In this document: one piece after another, positions 22,060 to 30,140 of the stretch
Layout: each line of letters begins with the position of its first letter
Numbering within the stretch: the first letter of the stretch is position 1
Assembly (NCBI GenBank): GCA_965208675.1
Contig: OZ242351.1
Location: 1,664,001 to 1,728,000 of the forward strand
DNA: 64,000 nucleotides
Reading direction: 5' to 3'
Origin: Candidatus Poribacteria bacterium
GTDB lineage: Bacteria > Poribacteria > WGA-4E > PCPOR2b
Program-made: the position numbers and the translations under genes
The notes under the pieces: model-generated
Database searches by the model: none
Seen by the model: the letters and a program-made list of their open reading frames with translations, nothing else
What the model was told of the DNA's origin: nothing

Positions 22060-22422
22060 ATGAATAGAATATTATGGATTATTGTCCTTATCATTTTCGC
22101 AGTCTTTTTCGGTCTTTTTACCTTTCTCAAGGTGCCAATCGCAATCACCCAAGATGAAATAATTGTCGCTGTAAACGATGCTATCGCTGAAACGAATTTA
22201 ACGGTGGATAAAGCAGAGGTTCAGCGGGGAGTGGAGAAATCAATCGAGAAGTTGGAAGCGCGGCAATCAAAACGGCTTAGGTATCTGGTATCCGCTTATT
22301 TCGTTATCTGGCTCATCCTTATACTCTACACGCTTCGGATTTCGCATACCCAGTCTCAGATGCGCAAACGTTTAGATCAGCTGCAAGCCAGCCTTAAACC
22401 GCAGGGAACAGACCCACACTAA
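22060..22422 (+). CDS. Two-TM protein with C-terminal CcmD-like segment
   Basis: YLVSAYFVIWLILILYTLRI...QMRKRLDQL resembles the alternative CcmD family; upstream TTGATG-18-TATGCT promoter candidate. Confidence 0.6.
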   Translation: MNRILWIIVLIIFAVFFGLFTFLKVPIAITQDEIIVAVNDAIAETNLTVDKAEVQRGVEKSIEKLEARQSKRLRYLVSAYFVIWLILILYTLRISHTQSQMRKRLDQLQASLKPQGTDPH

Positions 22423-22448
22423 CTCCCTCTTGCCAAGGTCTTGTTTTT

Positions 22449-22531
22449 TCCCCTCAATACCAAGGAGCGGCTAGGGGAGGTTGAATCGGCGCGTTGACAC
22501 ACCCCCTCTTTCTCCCCCTTGGCACGGGGGA
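22449..22531. repeat. 83-bp G/C-run double-hairpin dispersed repeat (inverted copy of 39961-40043)
   Basis: Reverse complement of 39961-40043 aligns along its length; lies between convergent genes, possibly terminator-like. Confidence 0.8.
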
Positions 22532-22544
22532 GGATTTTTCTGTT

Positions 22545-24395
22545 TCATTCCACACCCCACACGAAATTACCGTCAATATCGCGCACCTTCAAGAATGAGT
22601 AGCTACGTAAGCCATCGCCATCGTTTACGGTATATTGGATTTGACCAACAAGAGTTCTAAAAATCTCACGGACAAAATCTATCGTTGACGGGAGCATTGA
22701 ACGAATCAGCTCAATTTCCGCCCCTGAATCCTCACCTTCAAACACGACTGGTACCTGTTCCGCAAGCGTATCCACCATCTGTTCAAGCGACCGGGCTGGA
22801 TTAGAGTAAACCATGTTATTGACCGTCTCTGGCGCCATACTACGGAGTTCTTTAAATTGGGTCTGTGTTAACAGGTTTTCCGCTGTACCGTTCGCACAAT
22901 CAAGCGCAAGTTTCAGGTCTGCGGGTCCGGTTGAAATCAACACGTACTGATCGGTCACGACGTAGCTCGGTTGATATGGAACGTTTGGAAGTTCAGCCGT
23001 GCGAATCTGGTGCCCGGCATGGTCGACCGTCTCCCAGTTCAGCGCCAGGCCCATGATTGCGCCCAAAGTCATCGCAACCGTATCTGTTAATTGTCCGAGA
23101 CTATCTCCCGCTTTTTCGCTGTCTGACGTTTGAATTGAAAGCAGGAATTGCGGCAATGCGCCGCCTGTACCAACGCCCATTGGGGGCGATAACATGGTGA
23201 ACCCCGTTTGGAAGAATGCAATTTCATTTCCCATCCACGAAAGTAGATCACTTTCTATGTCGATGTCCATCATTGCCTGAATCTGCTCTAGGCTGCCGAA
23301 TGCCTCTCGGCTCATTTCAGGCGGCATGGACGCGACGAAGTCCATCAGCATCTGCCAGAGTTTGGGAAGATTAATGAGATTGAACGCATTATAAGAAATG
23401 ACGTCAGCGTGCGCGAACTTTATGGATTCGTGGTGCGTCGGTTCGGCCAACAGCATCATCCGGAAGTTGTTGGCTGTCGCGTTGGGATTGAGTTTGATGT
23501 AGCTCTGCGACACAATCCCATTGTTCGTGAGGTGCGTAACCCCGCTCACCCATTGCACCAGGTCCAACCACTTGATCGCCCGATCCGCTAGTAATCTGAC
23601 CTCGTCATCCAACTCGCCGCGGACCATTGGATAAAACGACTCTGCCAATTCAGGGATTGAGCTTAAATCGAGGTAGAATACCGTCTGAAAATCGGTCACG
23701 CTTTCACCCTGAAATCGGTCGATGTGTTGGACAAATTTCGGGTCTTTGGCGAGGCTAGCGTCCGACTTGCCTAGGTAGAGGTCTATTGTCCGGCGCATTG
23801 ACGCTTCCCCCAAGCTGGCAACCAGAAAGCTGTCGATCAGCCCGCATGAAATGACTAGGTTCGGTTCAGGCTCGGCTGACATAAAAAAGTACCCGTTGTA
23901 TTCGCGGCGTTCCGCCTCTGGTATGTTCGCCATTCCGACCATAATCGCCGCCGACAGTATCTCTCCGAGGTCATCTGATTGATCTATATTGACCATAAGC
24001 GTTGGGGAAAATTCACTCAGATCCCGGAACTTGGGAACGACAATTAGGATTTCCTGACCAAGTAGGCGTGAAAGGATTGAGAAGCTTGGCTTGATGAGGC
24101 GGCGCATTTCCTTTATCTCGGTTTCTCTTTCAAAAACCCCTTGCAGTGGCTCCCAGATTGGCGCTTCAAGAAGTTGCTGCCACGCTCGGGAGTTTTCAAT
24201 CAGCGCGAGTGCTTCGGCGGCGTCCTTTATTTGCATCACGAGTAAGGCATCTGCCGGCGCAAGGTCCATGAGGGATGGAGTAGGCGCCGCCTCAGCTACA
24301 GGTTCTACGTGCGGTTTCACACCGCATGAACAGATGCTAATGAGAAATATGAGAATAAATGCGAGGATATGATATGTGCTGTTTCTTTCGGTCAT
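22545..24395 (-). CDS. Putative lipoprotein, DUF3352-like
   Basis: Signal peptide with ICSC/G lipobox-like end; LAPADAL and DLLSWMGNEIA motifs. Confidence 0.65.
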   Translation of the reverse strand: MTERNSTYHILAFILIFLISICSCGVKPHVEPVAEAAPTPSLMDLAPADALLVMQIKDAAEALALIENSRAWQQLLEAPIWEPLQGVFERETEIKEMRRLIKPSFSILSRLLGQEILIVVPKFRDLSEFSPTLMVNIDQSDDLGEILSAAIMVGMANIPEAERREYNGYFFMSAEPEPNLVISCGLIDSFLVASLGEASMRRTIDLYLGKSDASLAKDPKFVQHIDRFQGESVTDFQTVFYLDLSSIPELAESFYPMVRGELDDEVRLLADRAIKWLDLVQWVSGVTHLTNNGIVSQSYIKLNPNATANNFRMMLLAEPTHHESIKFAHADVISYNAFNLINLPKLWQMLMDFVASMPPEMSREAFGSLEQIQAMMDIDIESDLLSWMGNEIAFFQTGFTMLSPPMGVGTGGALPQFLLSIQTSDSEKAGDSLGQLTDTVAMTLGAIMGLALNWETVDHAGHQIRTAELPNVPYQPSYVVTDQYVLISTGPADLKLALDCANGTAENLLTQTQFKELRSMAPETVNNMVYSNPARSLEQMVDTLAEQVPVVFEGEDSGAEIELIRSMLPSTIDFVREIFRTLVGQIQYTVNDGDGLRSYSFLKVRDIDGNFVWGVE

Positions 24396-24468
24396 TTGAA
24401 TAGCTCCTAGTATGAATAGGGTGGTTCAAAAAAGGTTGGAATTGAAATATGGATTCGGACTACCCAAC

Positions 24469-25113
24469 CTACACACTTTTGATACCTTCAGAAGACGGAG
24501 AAAATACGTCGCTGAACCTTGGCAGCCACTTTGTGAACAGCGCCACGGCTTCTTCATCTTGACGGGTCAGAGAGAACATATAGCGGCCTTTACCCGCATA
24601 CGACAGTGTATAGCGACCGTGGGCTGTTGGCCCCATAGCAACCATTCCAACCGCTCGTCCGATGTTGAACCGACCTCTTGGTGCGGACCACTTGTCGATT
24701 GCCCCATAACGCGAACCTGCGCCAAGCGCTATTACTCCAAGCGCATTGCCGCCGAACGCGAAAATGCCCACGGAGTACCCACCAAAGGCAAAGATACCGA
24801 CGGAGCCCGCTCCAAATGCGACCACACCAATAGAGCATGGACCAACAGCGATCACGCCAACTGTCACAATTCCGACTGCGATTATCCCGATAGTGATGAA
24901 CCCGAAAGTCTCTTCGCCCATCGGGGAGTAGAAACCAAAATTGACGATTGAGCGGATGAACGGCGGAAGTTCCGAGTTTGTTGCTCTAACTAGCATGGGG
25001 ACGAAAAACAGCGAAAAAGCGACGCCAAATGAAATTGAAACGCCTATATTCCATCTACGAAAATAGGCGTCAAACGTCTCTTGAAAAGATTTGGGGCACA
25101 TTTCTCTTGACAT
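24469..25113 (-). CDS. Hypothetical membrane protein with ~10-aa Gly-rich repeats
   Basis: GGAGG SD before ATG 25113; repeats such as GIFAFGGYSV/GIFAFGGNAL. Confidence 0.7.
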   Translation of the reverse strand: MSREMCPKSFQETFDAYFRRWNIGVSISFGVAFSLFFVPMLVRATNSELPPFIRSIVNFGFYSPMGEETFGFITIGIIAVGIVTVGVIAVGPCSIGVVAFGAGSVGIFAFGGYSVGIFAFGGNALGVIALGAGSRYGAIDKWSAPRGRFNIGRAVGMVAMGPTAHGRYTLSYAGKGRYMFSLTRQDEEAVALFTKWLPRFSDVFSPSSEGIKSV

Positions 25114-25255
25114 AAACTCTAGGCCTCCTTCCACGCAGCAACGCCGTGCAATTGAGAGCTATAGCTAATCGTTGGTGTTGAATGGCGGGGCGACGAGACT
25201 TTTTACGGGGCGGTTCTGGATCTCGCTAAGTGTGCTTCAGATTTGAGGTGAAAAA

Positions 25256-25906
25256 TCAAGGAGTGAAGTTCTGGTTCGCATCAAAAAGAGGTATCAAGTC
25301 CTTATCCAAGCCAAAAGCTGCATACACGCCCTCTACCAAACTGTAAGCGACCTGATCTGGAATAAAATCCGGGTTCACTGTCTGTTTGGACACAATCGGT
25401 GCAGTCGACGTGTACACATTTCGCTCATGTTTTACTGTTCCAAAAAGTGGATTGAGGGGATGTCTTCCCACCAATAGAAAACCACTGAGATTATGATACT
25501 CCTGCTGCACATGAACCAGAGTATTTATGCCAGCGGTTTGGTAAATTTCCTTGACCAACCGCATAAACGTAACTGGATACTCACAGACCCCATACGGGTA
25601 CAACCAGTTCAGATGGGAAGGGATTCCGCTTTCTGCCTTGTACCACTGAAACTGTATGCGAGACAGTGGACTTTGAAGCTCGAGTAGACCGTTCCGCGAA
25701 AGTACGACTTCATAACCCCAAGCATCTATCCCTTTTATTCCTTGCAGCGAAGGTTCTATACGCGTGACGCCTATGAAGCCAAATCCAGTTCTGCGGACAT
25801 TGGGCGGATTTCGCAGTATGTCACGAATACCTTGATCATCTGTGTGGACGGCGTTGGGATTGGATGTAATGGCTTCTGCGTGGATCCGATAATAAGCTCC
25901 GTTCAA
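25256..25906 (-). CDS. Hypothetical protein, probably the C-terminal partner of the AlbA_2 protein
   Basis: 216-aa ORF; TTGA overlap with upstream stop; AAGGAGG 5 nt upstream. Confidence 0.7.
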   Translation of the reverse strand: MNGAYYRIHAEAITSNPNAVHTDDQGIRDILRNPPNVRRTGFGFIGVTRIEPSLQGIKGIDAWGYEVVLSRNGLLELQSPLSRIQFQWYKAESGIPSHLNWLYPYGVCEYPVTFMRLVKEIYQTAGINTLVHVQQEYHNLSGFLLVGRHPLNPLFGTVKHERNVYTSTAPIVSKQTVNPDFIPDQVAYSLVEGVYAAFGLDKDLIPLFDANQNFTP

Positions 25907-26547
25907 GATAGCCTCCTTAGGACTTCATCAAATCGTCGTTCGAATAAACCAATTAGATCCGCGATGTCCCGTTGTCCTAGGGCACTGCCGGAAAGGTTGT
26001 CCAATTTATCATGAAGCTCACGAATGCCAGATGGTAATTGGCGGGCCGAAAAGTCATCCCTGAGATCGGTCATACGGTATTCTCTCGTGTGATTTCCATA
26101 CCGTCGAACAAACTGGATGGCGTTTTCCAACAGTATACTGTGAGGGCGTACTTCACTCGGAGGGATATGAATAATCACAAGCGTGATGTCGTTTCCATTG
26201 CACGTAATTGAACGCGGCTTAACTTCCAGTCCCCGAATGCGCGGGTCAATGAAATCTAGGCAAATGCTGTTAATGCTTTCCGCCACCCTCTCGGGCTCAC
26301 CCACGGAGCAAAAGCCCGTTGCTAGCTCATCCGTTGCGTCCACGCCGATCAGAATGTATCCTCCTTCTGAATTTGCCATCGCAGTAACATCCTTGCATAT
26401 CTCTCGTCTCAGCTTTATTCTGGAACCGCTGAGAGGGTATTCCCGCTTAAACTCAATCCACTGATTTTCTTCCTGATTTCCTATCAAACCCGCCAGTTCC
26501 TGGTCTGGGATGTCTGCAATGAGGCGATAACAATCGTCAAAATTCAT
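25903..26547 (-). CDS. AlbA_2 / Schlafen-like domain protein
   Basis: EENQWIEFKRE, KDVTAMANSEGGYILIGV, IHIPPS..RPH motifs. Confidence 0.88.
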   Translation of the reverse strand: MNFDDCYRLIADIPDQELAGLIGNQEENQWIEFKREYPLSGSRIKLRREICKDVTAMANSEGGYILIGVDATDELATGFCSVGEPERVAESINSICLDFIDPRIRGLEVKPRSITCNGNDITLVIIHIPPSEVRPHSILLENAIQFVRRYGNHTREYRMTDLRDDFSARQLPSGIRELHDKLDNLSGSALGQRDIADLIGLFERRFDEVLRRLS

Positions 26548-26829
26548 TCAATCTAATTGGATGCTTTGAAGAGGTTTACGGTTCCGATAGCAATGTTCGT
26601 CAATTTGGGAATGATAACATATTTTGGGTACATTTAAAAAAGCCTTGAGTGTCCCAAGTTTAGCTGTTTCTTCAAGTTGAATCTCAATTGCCTCAAGGAG
26701 ATTTTTTCTTTCCTGTTCAACATCGCTTCCGCAACTTGCAACATCTAGCTCTGGACAGTAAGCGGTGTACATGTTGCCTTCTTGCCAAATTTCTTCCGTA
26801 ACGACGAGGTTCTTCACTTTCGACCCCAA
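26548..26829 (-). pseudogene. HicB-like antitoxin, probably C-terminally degenerate, no HicA partner
   Basis: EGNMYTAYCPELDVASCGSDVEQERKNLLEAI is a HicB N-domain; the tail is atypical. Confidence 0.65.
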
Positions 26830-26911
26830 ATACTGGTTAATAGTTCTCGTGAAATAAAACGGCAGGACCTGTATCTACCGTCAAGGATAGGCGCAGACAT
26901 GCTTATTAACA

Positions 26912-26940
26912 ATTATAGCACTCAACTCAGGATTGGTCAA
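26912..26940 (-). promoter_or_regulatory. Near-consensus sigma70 promoter for the hicB-AlbA_2 unit
   Basis: TTGACC-17 nt-TATAAT with extended -10 TG. Confidence 0.75.
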
Positions 26941-27138
26941 AGTCTATTCAAGAGATTTCGCATTTCACAGTATTCACAGTAAAATGAAACGGATCGGGCA
27001 TCGCATTGAGTATCGGGAACCGCTAAACGCAGTGTGGAACTGCATCTCATTCTGTTTTATCCAAAAACAGAAAATCGAAACTGTGAAACTTCGCCGCTTC
27101 TTCGAGTACGGAGAAATTCAATGGCGGCACAAATCTCC

Positions 27139-27351
27139 GTAGGTTGGGTTGAGCGGTTTTGGTGATATCCAACGTATTTGAAGCGTTCAGGGGGGCAAGG
27201 CAAATATCCACAAGACGAAGATTTTATCCCCAAATGCCAGCGAAAATTACAGTGTTTACGGTCCATAAAAAAAGGGGAATATTGCAACAGTGCTAGTCAA
27301 CGGGCGGGTTTAGAGGCGTTGGGTTTGGCGAACTCGCTCAACCCAACACAC
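27139..27351. repeat. Degenerate GTAG-family REPIN
   Basis: GTAGGTTGGGTTGAGCG at the left end and CGCTCAACCCAAC at the right end, in inverted orientation. Confidence 0.7.
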
Positions 27352-27366
27352 ATTCACTGTAGAATT

Positions 27367-27723
27367 TTATTGGGTTAAATTTTTTTGATAGGCATGTATT
27401 GGCCTTTTGATTGTCCCTTTAACGGGTCTTTCAGTCGGCATTGCTTGAATCTCGTATTGCGACTTTGGATTCTTGTTCCGTTTTCGAATTCGAAAGTGAA
27501 GTCCCTTAAATTTTCCTTGATTGTTTTGTCGAAGTGCTTCTAAGGGCTGTGCGATTGATTTCGCGCGAATGGATAACTTAAACTCAGCACCTGTGCCAGA
27601 CTCTTGAACTCGCAAAGTGGGGGTATACCCTCGGGATGTTAGGACGATCGTCGGTTCGCAGACAACTCCAAGCTCTATCCACTCAATTTCAACGATTAAC
27701 CACGGGACAACCTTTTGCGCCAT
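27367..27723 (-). CDS. Hypothetical protein downstream of the DGQHR gene
   Basis: 118-aa ORF with globular, beta-rich composition (VPWL..., RGYTP, AKSIAQPLE); co-oriented with the island. Confidence 0.6.
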   Translation of the reverse strand: MAQKVVPWLIVEIEWIELGVVCEPTIVLTSRGYTPTLRVQESGTGAEFKLSIRAKSIAQPLEALRQNNQGKFKGLHFRIRKRNKNPKSQYEIQAMPTERPVKGTIKRPIHAYQKNLTQ

Positions 27724-28053
27724 AGGTGAAGACCATAAATTGCATTAAAGGCAGGAGTTTGCTAAAGGATCTGTAATTCGTGCGCGCGCTTGAATAACAT
27801 ATGTTTCCAGGAGTACAGCCAATACTACCATTATTGTCGCATCTTCCTATCCGCGGTTGATCCAGGACACGTTGCGAAGGAATGTGCATGCCCGGTTTGT
27901 CCAACCACAATGATTTCCAGTTTTTAATGTAGGTGATTAGATACAATCAATTCGTGTAACAAGGACTTCACAAACCTCCAAATTCTTCTATTATTTTTCA
28001 GTTTGTCCGAAATTCGTCAAATGTTTTGCAGCAAAACCAACCATTTTGACGAT

Positions 28054-29457
28054 TCACCCGCTTACGGACAATTTCAGGTCTTCAACGCGTTTCCACAATT
28101 TGTCACGATCTTCTCCACGCGGCTGCGGAATCAGCATACTACTCCAAAGCCTTTTCAGTTCGTCAGCACCGCTCTCGTCAAGCTCCTCTAGACCAATTAT
28201 CCACTGTTGAATTCTGCGTCCGCAACGGACCGCCTCTTTCCTCTCCTCATTACGCATTGCCCAGTCACCCTTTGCGTTGCGTACCAACAGGAGATACCGC
28301 CAGGGAGCTTGATGCAGACGCCATTCTAACCTGCCAAGTCCCTTTAACGCTGTACGGACCCCATTGGCGGTCGGAGTTGCCACATTCGGAAGGTTGTTGT
28401 CGAGTATGGTTCTCGCGAACTCGGCTAGCAACTGTTGGCCTATAGGCCAAAACAAAAGGGAATCTGTCATCTCTTCACCCTCGACTAATTCAATGTGATG
28501 AACCCGCATCAGGGGTGGAGATTTTTGAAGATCGGGAATTTCGGCGATTAAGGCATTCCAATACATCTCCAATTCTTCGTAAAGCGCATCAATGTAGTCT
28601 TCGGGGGGACGAAACCGCTTGAAATTCTTCAAATCTTGTCCTTGGTCCAAAATTGGGCCCCATCCTCTTGGCGTTCGGCGTACCGAACTAAGCAGCGCTA
28701 TGTTCATCTCGTACAAGGTTTCGAGGCTAGTGAAATACGGATCAATACTCTTGAGGTTTTTTCCTTTTTGTGTTTTTATACGCCTTGATTCTATCTGTCT
28801 GCCTTCAGATTTGAAGAAATTATGCTCGGTAATCAAGCGCCGTGTGAGAATTGCAAACGTATCGTCTTCATCCATTATGATGTTCGTTGCCGCATCCGTC
28901 GGTTTGGCATAGCGGTTAAGATTGGAGAACAATCGCCGGTACTTTGGCAAGAAGTCGGACTCTTCTCGACTAGGTACAATGACTATTACGGAAAGTTCAT
29001 CGTTCTCAAAATTTTCAGGAGCACCATCGGAAATTGGATTGTTTCGATCAAGCAAAGTCTTGATGGCTGAGAGGCGATGCTGTCCATCAAGGGCATAATA
29101 TTTCTGGGTTCCATCGAACTTCAAGACACCAAAAGACTCGTTGAGTCGCTGATCGTCATGAAAAATTGCGAAATGTGGATCGTCAGTAATCTCAACAGGA
29201 TAGAACATCGGATTGCCCTCTAACGCGGCCACGACCAAAGAGGAGAAGAAACGGTTGGGTTGGTGTCTCAGATATTCGACGATTTCCTTATTAACTCGGT
29301 CGTGTCGTAGGACTCGCTGAATTGCTTCATCAAGGGTGCGATCTTCATAAACTTCAGAAGCAAATTTCACGTTTTCACTTAGTTCTCGCGCACTCATCTT
29401 GACGACATAGTAACTAAACGTACCCATTCTCGAACGTAATGCGGGATATATATTCAT
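28054..29457 (-). CDS. DGQHR-domain / DndB-like protein
   Basis: IQR, RFFSSLVVA, YALDGQHRL, LFSNLNRYAKP; GGAGG SD. Confidence 0.88.
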   Translation of the reverse strand: MNIYPALRSRMGTFSYYVVKMSARELSENVKFASEVYEDRTLDEAIQRVLRHDRVNKEIVEYLRHQPNRFFSSLVVAALEGNPMFYPVEITDDPHFAIFHDDQRLNESFGVLKFDGTQKYYALDGQHRLSAIKTLLDRNNPISDGAPENFENDELSVIVIVPSREESDFLPKYRRLFSNLNRYAKPTDAATNIIMDEDDTFAILTRRLITEHNFFKSEGRQIESRRIKTQKGKNLKSIDPYFTSLETLYEMNIALLSSVRRTPRGWGPILDQGQDLKNFKRFRPPEDYIDALYEELEMYWNALIAEIPDLQKSPPLMRVHHIELVEGEEMTDSLLFWPIGQQLLAEFARTILDNNLPNVATPTANGVRTALKGLGRLEWRLHQAPWRYLLLVRNAKGDWAMRNEERKEAVRCGRRIQQWIIGLEELDESGADELKRLWSSMLIPQPRGEDRDKLWKRVEDLKLSVSG

Positions 29458-29497
29458 CAGAGACTTCCTCCATTGAGCTTGATGGTTTATCGCACCA

Positions 29498-29893
29498 TCA
29501 GCCCGGTTTTGAACTTCCTATTATCGCGGGGATATGTCTATATTTTAGATTTGCCGGCGGGCCAGAGCATTCATCCAAACAGGTTTCTAGCTCATCAATT
29601 CGATTGGCATGAACGATTGTAAACCAAAATTTTAGATTATTGCCAAAACATCCCTTTGCTAGCTTAACTCCCCGCCTGGTGCGGTCACAGGGTTCGAGGA
29701 ATCGCCTGCGAAGACAGTTTAATTTTCCCACGCAGGTAATTTCATAGAGAGTCTTAAACGAATTTCGGTTGAATTTCAGTGTCTTGAACGTCACACAGAT
29801 AGCATACGCACCCCGGTTTTCAGGTACACGGTCTCGCTCAAGAGAAACTGACTAGGTCTTTGACCAGCCAGTTCCACCTATTACAATCCATAA
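29498..29893 (-). pseudogene. Decayed GIY-YIG nuclease
   Basis: Extending the 29498-29794 frame upstream gives W..*..VPENRGAYAIC...EITCVGK..LRRRFLEP...ELE..L.....PPAN; in-frame TAG at 29852-29854. Confidence 0.7.
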
Positions 29894-30140
29894 AATAAGG
29901 TGTGAATTGCAACGGTGTCAATCATCGGGCGGGTTTAAAAGGCGTTGTGTTTAGCCGATTGAGCTGCAATTTGTTACTAGGTGATGACTTGAAGACTATC
30001 GCACTCCCTGTTCGGTTGCTTGATCCTTCGCTATCCGCTAAGTTGAAAGTTGGGATGCGCAAGCCCGCTCAACCTAACCCACACTTACTGAGTGAGAGGT
30101 AACACATTGTTTGCACATAGACAGTCTAGAGTCGAAAGGG

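Noticed and set aside
24412-24951. 179-aa plus-strand ORF with repeats
   Set aside because: It is the antisense shadow of the Gly-repeat membrane gene, which has the clear SD.
26933-27378. Small ORFs between hicB and the 118-aa gene
   Set aside because: They have no recognisable motifs and overlap the promoter and REPIN remnants.
27689-27946. 85-aa ORF between the DGQHR and 118-aa genes
   Set aside because: TTG start without a clear SD and no motif; it might be a decayed 5' part of the downstream gene, but I cannot support that.
29852-29854. TAG recoding (pyrrolysine or readthrough) in the GIY-YIG frame
   Set aside because: Other catalytic positions are also degraded, and TAG is used as a normal stop elsewhere in the window.
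29902-30102. 66-aa ORF (and 39757-39984) sharing KTIAL...DPSL peptides
   Set aside because: The shared peptide is simply the translation of the 30-nt micro-element, not a protein family.
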